A stretch of DNA of 51,295 nt, taken from the NCBI GenBank assembly GCA_000320545.1, contig ADNK01002605.1:1-51295 (forward strand), in the 5' to 3' direction. Shown here piece by piece: positions 15,561-29,980 of the stretch. The notes beneath the pieces were generated by a model. The model did no database searches. It had not been told where the DNA came from and saw nothing but the letters and a program-made list of their open reading frames with translations. The DNA comes from Bigelowiella natans CCMP2755 (Eukaryota > Protista > Cercozoa). The first letter of the stretch is position 1. Every line of letters begins with the position of its first letter. Made by a program: the position numbers and the translations under genes.

Positions 15561-16204
15561 GGCAGTCAGTGTATTGTACCCATGCACATTGACAAAGTCT
15601 AGAAGTTACGAATCTAGGAATGGCGTTGGAATGGAATAAATCACGCACTCAAGCACTCTGTACCACGTACAATTATACCCGGTTCATTGATGAGAGAGCG
15701 CCATAAGAAAGAAGTCGCCGTGTCGTGATTGTCATCACCGTTTTTGAGACACAAATGTGGCTTTGCCCTTTGTCTCACTAGAATCTCGATAGTCGTCCCC
15801 AATCTGAATACATGTACGTACGACAATGACGATAGCTTTCATTATCAAAGCATGCTCAAAATTTAATACTTGCTGAGTAGGTAAACATTGTGTGTAGTTA
15901 GTAGCATTTCCCTGTGACACGGCGACAAGGCAGTACAAAACACAGAGTAAAACTCGAAACTTCCCAACAACATGTTGTCTGCAAATGAACTTGTGTGTGA
16001 AATCATTGTCAAGCTTTAGAATACGTTGGTTCTTACTTCTGCAAATAGCTCCTCTATCTCATCATCCATGCCAGAATAGGAATGACTTCTGAAGTATTAA
16101 TCAAACAAACACAACGAAGGCAGCTTCATTGGTTTCTATTCTGATAAGCTGTGCTGCTAGCCCTTCTTATTCCGCCATTTATTTGAATAATCCGAAATTT
16201 AATA

Positions 16205-17015
16205 TCATGTCACCAAATGACTAATTTTCCCTCCCCCGTACTTGTGCAGGTATTCGTTGATTTCTTTGAGCTTTCGGATCATCTCAGTGGTGATGCTTCG
16301 GTGGGTGGCCAAATCTTCATCAGCTGCTGCCGACAGGCTATTATTTCCCCTTTCTCCTCGCCCTGGGTGGGAAGCAGCAGCAGAGCTCACAGGGGGGTTC
16401 ATTCTGCCCGACGGGGGCGTCGTGTTTGTCATTTTGTCTGGGCAGACGGCTTGGGGGGGGGGGGATAATTGGGAAAGGAAATCCTGGCCCATTGTCTGGA
16501 GATACTCGCTCTCGTTGGCGCTGCTGACTCCGAACTCCTGGTGATGATGATGATGATGACCATGATGACGACGATGATGATGATGATGGTGATGATGATG
16601 AAAACATGATGATGAATAACGATACGATGATGAATATATGATGATGATGATATGAGGGTGCCAATGCAACTGAAGAGTGGATATTGATATTCCAACGTAC
16701 CGCGAACATCGTAGAGTTGCGATACTTTGCGTACGCCTCAGCCTGTAGAAGATAACAACCATATTGATTACATTTATATTATCTATTTTGTATTCATCGC
16801 ATTTGATTTTCCAAACAAGATGTTCAACCAGGATGAAAGCTGCAGATGAAATCAGCAACACAAGTCCATGACTGGCTTCGGAGGGATCACGATATATATA
16901 CTACGTTGGCGAGTAATAATTATAGCAGAAAAGGGAGATGGGGAAAAAGGCGACCTCTTGCCACCATCGTTTCGTATCGAAGCGCCACTTCAGGAACCTG
17001 GATAAACGAAGAATT

Positions 17016-17070
<55 letters not shown>

Positions 17071-17258
17071 TTTGGACAAATACACCGATATGCGATATAA
17101 GAGATTGGCAAAGAAATGTTGGTGCATGTGCTCGTCGAGGAGCCTGTGATTCGGGCAGCAGCGTGGGACGAAACACAAATCAATCTGGGTTCTCAATCTC
17201 TCTCTCTCTCTCTCTCTCTAATACCCCCCCCCCACCCCCCCCCCCAACACACATATAA

Positions 17259-17299
<41 letters not shown>

Positions 17300-18076
17300 G
17301 TAAATGATTCCGAATGTGTGCATACTACTCGACATGCACAAAGTAACTCTTATCGTTTCATTGATCATCGTCAATTGCTCTTCTCTCTCTCCTTCTCTAT
17401 CGTTTTCATCATCCATTGGGGAGCTGTGTGTTTCTGGTCAGTACTTTGCTTTGTTCAAGAGTCTCTTCATACGTCGTCGCGACTCCCTCACTCCCCTTGC
17501 AACAGAATCACAACAGTAAGATTTGCCCTTCAACGTGCACAACGAATCCCTCCCACCCCATTTGTATTTGTACCACAACTTAGCGTCTAGCTCCTGAAAT
17601 TCATCGTCAAAACCACGATAGTCATATTCTTCTCGCATTGTATTTAACAACCTGAACACACGCACACACACGCGTACACGCACACGCATCTATGAATACA
17701 CACGGACAGAAGAAATGAATGTGTGTGTGTGTGTGTGTGCGTGTGCGTGTGTGTTATTCTATCTGCGAGAGAGTTATAATATCGGTAGGTATGGTTGGTG
17801 AAGTCCTCACTCTTCCACTTGAATCACGATGCGCAAGTGCTCTTGGTCCTCCTACAAGATACCATCACAACAACAACAACAATAACAACAACAATAACAA
17901 ACAACAACAATAACAAACAATAACAACAACAACGTAACAGCGATGGGTCATTGTCATTCAACACCATCTTTATCATAATTGCCAAAAACAAGAATGGATG
18001 TGAATTTGGGAGGGTTCATGCCACAAGCTATTCGAATATTTAGCTGCAAATTCGATAATACGATGCAGATGTTACA

Positions 18077-18155
<79 letters not shown>

Positions 18156-20572
18156 CGCTTATATGCTTCATTCACTTATTATTAAAGAAGTTTATATAAT
18201 ACCCTAAATCCCCCGTCCTCGCCCTGCTGGTGTGTCTGGGTGGGATGACCCCCCCTCCCACCACCATTGTCCCCCCCCGTTCTCATGCTCATATCATCTC
18301 TCTTTGCCTCGGTCCCTCGTCCTTCCCCCACAGCGTTGGTTTCATCGTACTCTGCAGCAGCTGTCGCAGCAACATAGTTATAGTACGCATCGTCCTTTCC
18401 TGCATCGCCTCTTCCATCCACCCCCCCCCCAGCTTCCTGGCCAACGGTTTGTGTCGTTGTCGCAACCATCGAAACAGCAAAGGGGCTTATTCCAGAACGA
18501 GATGGGGGCACCTCGCTGGGAACTATGGAATCATGGGGTTCTGAAACAACCTGATCGGGGGGGGGGGGGGGGGGGGAATAGGCGCGGGGTTTAGCTTATC
18601 ATGATGTGAGGGGGAACGAGGCGGGGAGTAGATATGATTTCAAAGTCTCCAACATTTGATTGCCTCTTCGAGGAGTTTCTAAAGAAGAGAGAGGACGAAT
18701 AGGTAGGTGATAACGTCGATAACTTTCTTTTCTGCTATATGCCCTATAACCGTGCTGCAGGATGAAAATCATCAGCGTTTATAGTGTGCGTAGGAAGTGT
18801 CAAAAACTCTCTATCTATTGTTTGCCCATTCCCGTTTTTCTCCCCCACCCCCCGTCTCAGACAAGTTGCGAGAGCTGATCCAAAAGCCCCTCCACAATCG
18901 CGTTCTCGTTTAATCCTTTCTGCTCATCCAATATCTGACGGGAAGAAGGAGAGGAGGGGGGTGGAATCGATTAGGCAAAAAGACGATTCGACAGCAGCCA
19001 TTCGATAGCAGCTAGCGTATCAGTATTCTATCCCTATGAAAGTCAGTTTTCGTGAAAAATACAGATGTAGCTGTATTTTCCCTCCTCTAAGAAACAGCGT
19101 GTAGTGAAGGAACATACGAAGAACTACTCTCATCATCTACAGCTTCCGAACGATTATTTTCAATGTACCTGACACTCTTCCACAGCCTGCCGCAACACAT
19201 CGCCAATTCGACGCACAACCCACCTTTAGTAAAATGTATTTAACATCTTAGCAGAAACATCCCTATCCATCATGCCAGAGTCGAGATTCTACTCATATAT
19301 CGTTCCAATTCAGTGGTTTCTTCACACTTTTCGCGCATGCGACTCTTATACAGATTTGCCAGCTTCTTCTGTTCTTCTGTAGTGTGACGGCCCTTGATTA
19401 AAAATAATCATTTTAGAACATCCTTTAACACACGCACACGTGATGATGGTGAGGAATCTTTTGAAACGAGTGAATGGCATTATTTTGATTACCGCTGTAA
19501 GATCCTCCGGAATGGTGATCGTCCTCCACTTCTTCAGCTCAGCTATACCATCAATCTCCTCCTCAACATTAAAAGAGAAGTCCTTCGTCCTCTCCATCCT
19601 ATCTTCCCTTCTTAGCTGTTTCTCCAAAGACTTAAGCTCTCCCCTCCCTGTTAACGCTGAAGGCATCGAAGCGGATAAATTTCTCTGACCACCGGCGCTC
19701 ACTCTCCGCATATTCTCCCAATCGAAATTGAGTGAATCGGGTCGGGGGGGGGGTTGCATCGTCCGAGGTGGTAGAGGTGGAAGAGATTCGTCTCCATCAC
19801 CATCCTCTTCGGTTGTGTCAAATTGACGATTGAACTCTCTTTTTTTGCTGCCAACTGGGGGTGATGAGCCTTGCTCCAGGAAACGATTCGGTGGTTTGGC
19901 AGAAGGAGGCCCGTGATCTGTCGAGAAAGTGGCGGATATCTGAGAAGGGCTGAGATGGAATGCGTAGCAACGACGACGATGATCGTGATAATGATACGAG
20001 ACAGAAGGGAGACCGACTGCGTTTTCCCAGCACCTTCCGCTGCTGCACATTGGTGGCATGCATGTTGAGTGGCAAGTTCAGCGAATGTGTACGATGACCT
20101 GCTGATGAGGAATCAATGCTATCAATATTAGTTCCACCAGCTCCCACAGCCCTCTGCCTGATCATTCACAGGGACATTTTGATTTCCAACACAAAAATTA
20201 GAGGATTGGTAAGCTATAAGAATGGCACTTTTTTTCATTATCCAGAGGTTTTTCTCACGCAACTCATCGTTAATGCACCTTTGCACCACAGAGAAATCCC
20301 CACCGTACGCCATTATGTAGCACAGCCCCCCTGTAGAAAGTGTACTTATCAACCCGAAGATCGTGGATGGAAAAGAATGGTGCTTCGTGCATGAGAACGT
20401 GCTTTCCAATCTTTTACTTTCGCAATTAATCAGAAGTAAGGAGGGGATACGAACAACATTCGTACCCCCTCCCCAAAAATTGGATTATTTTTCCTGGAAT
20501 TTTAGAACCTAGAAGATGCGCCACGAGGAGACCACGCAAGGCTTTCCGGCGCCGTGCCGAGGCGGGAGGCAT
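16205..20572 (-). CDS. Hypothetical multi-exon protein; exon structure only partly resolved
   Basis: Exon-like ORFs at 20128-20409, 19346-19930, 18182-18540, 17520-17650 and 16205-16540 with splice-like ends. No family recognised. Confidence 0.5.
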
Positions 20573-21899
20573 CGCGAGAATTTCAGATTTAAGTTTGAAG
20601 TATTTTCTTCATATTCTGGACTTGCGACACTATATTTGATGATGAAGCTATGGAAAAATACCTGGGTTTTTCGACGCGTAAAAAGAACAATTGTGCATGT
20701 AAATCTTCAGAAAATGTGTTCTCTTGATGCAAGCACAAATATTTTCCAGATTGCTTCCATCCAACGATCAGTTAAGTCCTGGATTTGTGTACTGCATAGG
20801 GGAAAATTGCTTGACGCAATATAAAAACCTAATGCGTCCATTGGACATTTTTTAATCGATGAAACCTCGGTAAAGTCAAGTCTCAGTTTTCGCAGCCATG
20901 CGACGTCGATCCAGAGCACTTCTGGTAACAACAGACGGGAGGGGAGGGGAGCGGGGAAGGCACTGTAAGCACGGTTTGATTATATCGGTGATATTTGTAT
21001 ATCTGTACTTGTCAATCTGCCAGTAATTTATTCTATTTTCGAAAATAAACTTACAAATGTATTCGAAAACCTCGCCACTCATAATTCGCGTTTTTGTCGT
21101 TGTCCAACTATCCCCAGGATGGAGGGTACAAACGCATGGGAGCTCGACAATTCATGAAGATTAGCAATCTGAAAGAAACCAGAAGTTACTTTTCTACAGG
21201 TGATGTTCGCCTTTATCCTTTATATTCGCGTATTCGCCCGCTTAGACATATGTTTTTTACCGTGAATGGTTTCGCAGGTGCTCTTCAGTCTTGTAAATTT
21301 CAGTGGAGCCGCTGTCCAAGCTCTTCATTATCTTGTGCATTTGCTACGTCGTCGTCGACAACGCGTTCCCTGATACAGAAAGAGAGTCTGAACAGAAGTG
21401 ACCCAATCGTCAGAGCGTCTCTTACCGGCTTCGTGCAGAAGCACTTGCAGGTATGGTGTAGCTAGGACTAGAGGAGGGGTCTATCACCCCAAAGAGAAAG
21501 AAAACTAGCATCTATCCATCTGCATTCGATTGTGGGTAATTGCCTCTAATAGAGCCTTTCATGTTCATATTATCCGAACTTTCAGCTGATGACTGACAAC
21601 GAATTAAAAGAGATGCAGAAAATCTTAAAGCTAAATGACAAGCGGTTAGAACACAATTTTCATGAAAAATTATTAATAGGTGCATTATAAAATTGTTGCA
21701 TATCATTTTTTTGTCAGCTTTCTGTGCTCTATCTGAAATAATACATGCTTGATGCCGCATCATGGAACACACATTAGGCTCAAAATGTACCTCGACAGTG
21801 GCATTACACCACCACAGCTAAGAGGTAATACAACATCGGCGACACTGCGCCAATTCCACAGATTTTGGGTCACACAAGGAAAAGAGTACAAGTAGATTT

Positions 21900-23250
21900 G
21901 GCCTGTGAAATTAATGAGTATTTAGGATGCGATGCATGTAGCACAACTAGCACAATTTTGAATGCTACTACCGCGATGCATGAAAGCGCAATGTGACTGC
22001 ATTAGTGCCACGTTGCTACCTACCATCATGTGCATTCTAGCATTGTGCACACAGAGACATGTCTCAATGGCACATCATTGCATGCACACAAAATTACATG
22101 TAGCTAAATGCTGTCAACAATGCCATGATGCAACCCAAATCTGTTCCTTGCAGCTCCAGAGCTTCTGTTGCACCTTGCACTGTGCTGCTCTAGTGCTTGA
22201 ACACTGCTGCTCAGTCTGGATTCTCCAGCAGTGTCGAACAATGAATCTGAACGCCAGAGCGAGCAAAGTGCGATCGCCGCAGACGCGCACGGTCCAATCG
22301 GCATTGCACAGCATCACTCGTTGCGTTCTTGTGAGCGGATGATGGCAGTGGAGATGAAAAACACGTGCGTTGCGACGCATTGCCAGATTGTCCGCGCAGC
22401 GTGCAATGCAATTGACGTGTGCAGCATCCAGGCATGCTAGCATGCCAGCATGCCCAGATCTGGAGATGCGCTGGTGCGTGCAAAACTGCCACTGATGATG
22501 AACGTGCAACAACGATGTGCAACACGTCAACGCAACGAGTTCTGGAATTGTGATGCCACGTTGTTGTGATCAGATCACCTGCATGCCATGTGGTGCAACT
22601 TGGCAACCGCCTTGCTAGCTTGATGGTGCAGCTGAATTTGTGTGAATCCCGATGAGGTTTCAACAAAGCGGCCCTCATTGCATTGGTGTCATTTGAAGGA
22701 GCATGGAAAATGGATGACATGGTCGATTGGTCGATTGATTTTGTTCGTTGAATGGCTGAATGAAGCGTTTCGACATTCCAACAAGATGCATGGAAGTTCC
22801 TCGAGTGTGAATTCACAAAATTCTTCGTTCATTCATTCTTTCATTCATTCTTTCATTCATTGCAATGCAGAGTTTTCGTGGGGGAAATTTTTGTGCGACT
22901 TGGTCTTCAACATGAGACTCGCTGTTTGCACAGCCCAAAGTGCGATGCCACGCTGTGATCAATGCAATTTGCAGAACCGCACTGCTTCCATTTGATGGCA
23001 CTGCTTCCATTTGATGCACCACTTACTTGTCCAAGGAATTCCCATCGATTTAGAACCAAAGACTTTCCAAAAACATTGTCGCAGTTGAACAGTGACGGAT
23101 TTTTAATCAAACAAGCGCAAATCCTCGAATCTGTGCTCCATTTCCACACGCCCGACGCACGAGCCGCATCATGGAGTCCTTCGTGCTGGCTTGGCTTATC
23201 AGTGACACATTGAAATCTCTTGCTGCCCTAGGAGTTGCGGTGTACGCAGC
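21900..23250. mobile_element. Degenerate TE-derived block, TpA-free; possible minus-strand LINE 3' tail at 22827-22862
   Basis: Sharp compositional shift, (TTCA)n tract, ORFs rich in C/H/M and devoid of Y. Confidence 0.5.
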
Positions 23251-23369
23251 GATTTTGATAAAGAGAGAAACAAAATCAATTTACATTTATCGGATTCGTT
23301 GGTACAGAATTTAAGTTCATCAAAATTTGATGCAAATGTTAAATTAATATTGTATTGCTTCTTTAAAGG

Positions 23370-24767
23370 GTTAGCTTTGCAGCGGCAGTTGTGATGATTC
23401 CCTGGTAAATATGGTTCTACATGAGCAGCCGTTTCATCGATTCAGAAAGACTGATTGTATTTATTTATCTGATCAGGTTTCTGGTACCTGCTGAAACTCA
23501 TCTCACATGATAATTTCTTGAAAAACATGAACTGTAACATGTTTACAGCTAGTCCATGATCCTTGGAAATCCGACTGGAGAATACATCTTTCCTTATCAA
23601 ACAGTGTCTTTGTAAGTTCACACTATGTCCAATATAAATTAGAGTAGATGTAATCAACTCATTTCCTCAGATATTCGAGATCGTCTTAGTTTGGGTAACG
23701 TGGCAAATCAGACAATAGAAGTTTGAAGTTTGTGGAAATGACTATTACTTTAATTAGTACATTGCACTATTGATCGCGAAAGTTCACTATGCAGCTGTCA
23801 ATCTTTCGACAGAGATTCCCGCGTTTGGAAGAACGTATACATCCTTAGGTGTGGACAAAGAATATACCTCGTGGATTGAGACTGATTTTACATTGTGTTC
23901 TGCTCTCCATCATTAGGAATTGCGGGGAATACACTCATCGTGGTTATATCATGGATTGCAACGATTATATTCGATGACCTTCGATGGGATTCTCTGAAAT
24001 TTGTAGCCATTTCGGTTACAGCATCATTCGGAGGATTCCTATATGTTTATTCTCTAGCAAATCTTTATCACATTCTCAAAGAAAAGTATGAGCAGGAGGA
24101 AATAATTCTATATCCTACGAGTAAGCAAACATTAGATGAAAAGGACTCAATGGAAAAGAGTCCTGTGATTGGAAATAACGTCACGGAAAGTATGAGCAGT
24201 ACACCCAGAAGAGCGTCGTCTAAAAATTCCAAATACACAGAGAAGAGTGAGAGCCATGAGCCTCCAAGTCAAAATCAATTTTTTTTTCAAAATAAAGCTC
24301 TACTCGCTCCAGGACAATCAGAAAATACCCCCACTAATCCAGTCGCATCCATATCTTCCGTACCAAGGAATATTAAAAAAGTAGAAATGGGAAAAATGGA
24401 GTACTCAGGAAGGAAGACTTACGATCCGAGTGGAAGCAATTTAACCATGAGGTTGAATGAAGAAGTGCAAAGGAGCAAAATAACACGTTCAAGACTGCAA
24501 AAGTCCAAGCTGACTCGCCGTGAAAGGCTCGGGAATGTTTTAAGTAGGATCCGCTCTCTTATGGTTGTTGGAGCAGTGATGCTAATGACAGTGACCGGAG
24601 GAGGATTTTATCAGGCTTGGAATGTTTTTCAAATGGGAATCTCATTTTCTCAAGGTAGTACTCAAGAAAGTGAAGAATACAACCCTGCCCAAGATGTAGG
24701 GTACTGGTTCGCTATATTAGTAACGTTATATTTTGCCCACTATGCTTCGCATGCAAAATCTTCCTAG
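23370..24767 (+). CDS. Multi-pass membrane protein with a long cytosolic loop (3' exons); 5' end uncertain
   Basis: ORF 23895-24767 has hydrophobic segments flanking a Ser/Lys-rich loop and ends ...GYWFAILVTLYFAHYASHAKSS*. Short upstream exons lie near 23370-23540. Confidence 0.55.
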
Positions 24768-25756
24768 GGATTAACACTAGGTACTTAATCAAGCTTTGTC
24801 ATTTCCCAAATTTAAGTATAAAAGGTACTACACTTAAAATGTACATATTTCGCAATATAAACGCTTCATCCCTCATCTATGATTTGGAGCATACAGTTCC
24901 AAGATTGTAAATATTAAGGACTGCATGCAACAAGATGATGAGTCTGAGTCAATGAATGACATTGTTGGAGTTAATATGGAAAAATATTCTTCGATCTATT
25001 CTGACTACATGAAAGAAAGTAGAAACTATGATATGCAAAAATGTCAATAACATACCACAGTTGCATACCACACTTCACTGAACCAGTGCATCAGTGCTGT
25101 GAAGACTGCGCAGCTAGCTAGCTACAGCATTGGGTAACTACTTCTGAAGTCTCTGTATCGAGGCGTGCGCATTGCCACAGCTGTGTTTACAAAACATGCA
25201 GAAACAACATCCACATCCACAAGCATCGGATGCATTATCACGGCTAGCTGTACACACATGTATGAAGACAATCTTTTCAGATGCTCAAACACAGAGAACT
25301 ATGCTGACGCAGCACGCTGAGCAACGACTCAATCAGTTCTAGAGTTCTTAGATTCGCACGAATCTTTTGTCTAGTTGTCTCGATGTCCACATGCATGGTG
25401 CTTGTGTGCCTGCACCTCCATGCTGCATGCTAGGCCTTGTAGTCGCAGAAATGGGCCGCAATGACAGTCTAGCAATGTAGCTTGCTAACTTGATGGGAAC
25501 TGGAACTCAATCATTCGACCAACAAATCCATGCAAGCGCTGCGACTAGCAGCAGTGCATGCGTAAAACGCAATCCGGTGGTTTCTACCCCTGCGTCTATC
25601 TTTACAAGATATCAGACCAACACAAAGTAGCGATACAACTCTGATTTAGTTGCTAACATCGGTCCCTTCCAGGCTTCGTCCCTGTCTTTATGGAAGGGAT
25701 CTAGTCCCATGTGCCCTCGTCGACGGCCAGTTTTTGCCGTATAGCTAACATAAATT

Positions 25757-26510
25757 TCACACCAGTCTAGCAGTCATTGCTAGGGAAACTCCGCATTTCC
25801 AAAATTTGCCAGTCAGGAGTCGCCGTATAGGCTCATGGTCGAATGCCGACCTTACGGCTCCGCATAGTTTTTCCAGTGTCAAAGATAAGTGGTTTCCTCC
25901 TTGGACCGCTCCAGAGCTAGTCATTGATTCTATCAAGGTGTGGGGATTTGAAGACATTACGCAATATAGGTCCTCCGGTTCCTTCCTAGGCACGAAGTCG
26001 CTCACGACGCCTCAGCCTCAGTCCGTATCGATCTCTCTTTTCAACACCCTCGTCTACTTCCACTTCCTTTCCGACATTCTCAATCTGTCTAGACACCGCA
26101 TACTATGTGTCTGGCGATGATATGCTGCAATATGTAGCAGAAGCAAGCATTGTAACATCCGTTGGCTTGATAAAAGGCTGCACGCAGCTTTAAAGCGTAT
26201 ATATCTGGTAAACTACAGCTAACAAGGAAGCTGATCGATGACATTTCGTGCAACCCGTCGAAATTTTTCGAATATGAGATGCTCGGAGCCATGGGTCATG
26301 GCAAGCAACGCCAGCAAGACAGGTACAGTATGAACAAGCCCTCCAATTATTCCTTTAGCTTTGTCAAAACTCGTTGGATTGTGCGCTGGAGTTGGCCCCC
26401 CTCCTCTATTTACTCCCGACTAAACGCATCCGCCAGCCGGTCTTTCTCCACGGCCCGCAGCCCGTCCGTGGTTGCCGTTGATATTCCCCCCGAATTCACA
26501 TCGCCTTTCA
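25757..26510 (-). CDS. Small hypothetical spliced gene
   Basis: MKGDVNSGG...AFSR|KGIIGGLVHTVPVLLALLAMTHGSEHLIFEKFRRVARNVIDQLP with splice-like sites; 3' end uncertain. Confidence 0.35.
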
Positions 26511-27166
26511 TGTCGCATCAAAACAATCCCGTGTATTCTTTCCTGGAAAACTTCCGTCAGTCAAATTTCCGAGAGGAGCTTCGTATCCAATACTAGAGCC
26601 TAGAGGGAATTTTGAAGTTGCGACAAGGCTGATGTAGGTTGTCGCACCCACTTTCCTTGAGATCTCCCATCAGAACTCTCCGGAAACCTTCGGGAATTAT
26701 GGGAAAAACTAAAGAAAAAAAGGCGGCTCAGGTGGTCGCCACCAGTGGATGTCTCAGGAAAATTAGAATTTTTTTTTTAGGATATTCGCAATTGAATTGA
26801 ATTCTGACAATTCGAACCAACTGATACAGAAACAGGCCACCTCCGTACTCGGAAATAGTTTTTTCTTATCCCAAATATATCCTAAATAAACTGTACATAA
26901 TCTGTCGGCATTATTTTAATCACAACACACAATTCTACGCAAACGGTAACGTGCGTGTGGTGTTGTGCCCCCCTCAGTCTGTTTGGTTCGTTTGCCCTCC
27001 CCTCCATAAGACTTTGTTCGTAATAAACCAACACCATATGTTTCAATCTATGATTTTCAAGCGAATAGGATGTGTTCGGTCTTCGCGGCAGTTGTCGTGT
27101 GCGCTTGCTTCGTACTGTACATTCCATCACACACCACGTCACACACCACACAGACGACTCAAGACC

Positions 27167-27767
27167 ATGGCTAGTATCGTTGCTAAAGCACGCGGAGGGG
27201 CCCGAAAAATGCTCGCACGTATAGTTGTAAGGCAGCAGGGGCCTTCCTCCTCGTCCTCTTTCCGAAGATATTGCACTGCATTCCGACACACCACGAACAA
27301 CTTCGCTGTGAACGGTTCCTCCCGTCGCGGAATCTTCATCCGAGCCTCACTTTACCAGGTATTGAAAGAATCATTTACTTAATGAGCATTGATCAGAAAC
27401 TTTTTCTACCCTCTTCCTGAAGAAGAACTCTCCCTAAATTCAAGAGGGCTTGGTAGTCGCAGGGAGGGGGGGGGGGGGGGGGGTGAGGGGGTTCATTGCA
27501 TCAGCTTACATTTCACGAATCGGATGCGACAGAATGCATTATTCAGTCTCCAAAATTACATGTGCATAGTATTCAGATACAAAATCGCAAAAGTATTTAA
27601 ATGAGTTGCCAAATTGCTACCACGCTTGAGTTACCCTGGGACAGATTAAGACTTCTTCTGTGCTAATGTTGTGCTACCCACATAGGCGGAGAAGGAGTCT
27701 ACAGAGACTGAAAAGAAGACAGAGGAGTCCGAGACAGATACTACAGAAAAGGAGGAAAAATCCGAGG

Positions 27768-27817
<50 letters not shown>

Positions 27818-28186
27818 AAACTTGAGTCCGTCAAATCTGTGAAGAATTCCCTTCCCCCTGGTGTTACTACATGCTCTTTGTTCCACGTGTCGATCGGATA
27901 TTGCTGACTGCCCACTAAAACGCATTTAAAAGGTAGAGCAGCTACAGGAGAAATTACAAGTGGCAGAGGAGTCGGCTGCTGATTTCAAGGTACGCTTTCA
28001 TGCAAGCAGCCATCAATAACACACAACACACATCACACATCACGCATCTCTCCCTCTTGCCCCATCGCCTCACATCACTCGTCACCTTGCCGACCAACCC
28101 TTCAGGAGAAATACGCCAGATCGCTGGCCGAAATGGAGAACATTCGCCAAAGGTACACACTCTTACGAAACACTCCAGAAGATATT

Positions 28187-28218
<32 letters not shown>

Positions 28219-29301
28219 CTGTCTGTGTGTGTGTGTGTGTGTGTGTGCATATTTTGGAGGCAAGGGGGAGGGCAACAACATTTTTTGTCCTCTTTGTTCC
28301 CTTTTGAGTTCAGTAGTACTGCGCCTGTACATTCTCACCCATAGTTAACCTTCCACTTTGTTTTGAATTCGAATACGTCGCGCTATCTTCTTATCCTTAT
28401 TCATATTTATTAGGGCTCAAAGAGACGTTCAAAATGCTAATAAGTTTGCCGTTCAAGGTACTTTTGCCTCCCCCTTCCCCCCTTCCCCTTAGAGAATATG
28501 TGTGTTTGTGAATGAAAGATCGTGAATTCGATTGCTGAGATTTATGAAACAATCTAGGATTCGCTAAGGCGCTCCTAGATGTAGCTGATAACCTCGAGAG
28601 AGCGACGAAAGCAGTTCCTGAAGAGAAACTTAGCGGCGACGAAAATGCGCATCTCAAAGTATACTACTCACGTGGGCGTTGTGAAGACAAAATAAATCAA
28701 ATGAATTTTACCTTCTGTGTATTTGTGTCATTATATCATGATCTGTTTGTGGGTGCAAAGAGGTGAGTACAGCTATTTGTACAAACATTTATGCGTTCTT
28801 TATTTGCCCTCTATTCTCTCTTTCTGTGCCTATTTCTGCTCTCGAACTAAACGAATCATCAATCTTACAGGCATTGCATGACGGGGTTGTGCTTACTGAA
28901 AAGACACTGCAAAAGATCTTCGAGAAGCACCATGTCGTCAAGATGAATGCTTTGAACGAAAAATTTGACCCCAACTTCCACGAGGTAGCGACTTAGCATA
29001 TGTACGTTTAATAGGCAGATTATCGATGTATCGTGACTCATGTAAGTAAAGTACCGTATTACTAGAAGGACAACAAATTATCGTATTTCCCAGTATAATT
29101 TTCTCCATTTTTTTCTATCGTGTTTTCACGTCGTCACCCAAAAAAATGCCTGGCTTTTCTACATCACAGGGTATGTTTGAGTTCGAATGTACTGAGCGAG
29201 AGCCAGGTACGGTAGGTCAAGTCATCCAAGAGGGATGGAAACTGCATGAGAGAGTAATCCGCCCGGCTAGAGTCGGAACAACGAAGAAGCCGAGTGCATA
29301 G
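27167..29301 (+). CDS. GRPE: Mitochondrial GrpE (Mge1) nucleotide exchange factor, multi-exon
   Basis: Arg-rich presequence, then EKYARSLAEMENIRQR|AQRDVQNANKFAVQ|GFAKALLDVADNLERA...|ALHDGVVLTEKTL...EKFDPNFHE|GMFEF...GTVGQVIQEGWKLHERVIRPARVG. Confidence 0.95.
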
Positions 29302-29436
29302 ACTTCATACAACATCTAAGGTTTAGAGAGAGATCGATCGAAAGCGATGAATCATCGACGCTCTCATGCACTCTAGCACTGGAGATCTGAACATTATCTG
29401 CGCTCGTGCGTTTGCCACTAGGACATGTATGGTGCA

Positions 29437-29500
29437 CATTGCATAGCTTCATTAGGATGACAATTGAAAAAATTTAAACATTTCATAACATCCGTCTTAT
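29437..29500 (+). mobile_element. Short 3'-end copy of the LINE at 14880-15560
   Basis: cattaggatgacaattgaaaaaatttaaacatttcataacatccgtcttat closely matches 15504-15555. Confidence 0.8.
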
Positions 29501-29980
29501 GCATAGCGCATGCGTGAGATGGGTTTTTCTCTTGTTCCACAATAAACATGCTACATGGTGTGCAGTTTCTGCATGCACAGCAGTACACATTTGAACATGG
29601 TGCGTGCGCGCATCGATCCGTCGCACGTGTGCGCCATGTCTAGATGTACGTGGTGCAGTGTAGCTGGCTGTTCGTGTCCATCACTTGAGTAGTACAGCGA
29701 CTATGTGTGCGCACCAGCACTAGCTCTCTGCTGCATCGATCGCATGCATGCGCGCGTTCGTGACTTACGCTACGATGGCAATGTGCTTTGCGCTAATCAA
29801 AAGCCTAGAATTGTCGTAAGAATGACAAAATACAAGTGTCCACGCCGTAGCGCAGCTGGTCTTACGAAAAAAAGGTAAAGTCTAGAAGTCTAGAACTTTT
29901 CCAATATGGTCACGTCAGTACCAGAGCTAGCAGAGTATAGGAAGCAAGCGCCTACTACCATGTGTATATACATATAGAGA

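Noticed and set aside
21119-21450. Frame with several in-frame TGA codons (possible recoding or pseudogene)
   Set aside because: An alternative frame is fully open across the same splice sites, and other genes here use TGA as a normal stop.
22141-23020. CpG methylation/deamination or classical RIP as the cause of the TG/CA excess
   Set aside because: CpG is retained and TpA is the missing dinucleotide; RIP would raise TpA.
25806-26120. TLDc-like IKVWGF motif on the plus strand
   Set aside because: No other TLDc motifs are present, and the minus strand has the better spliced model.
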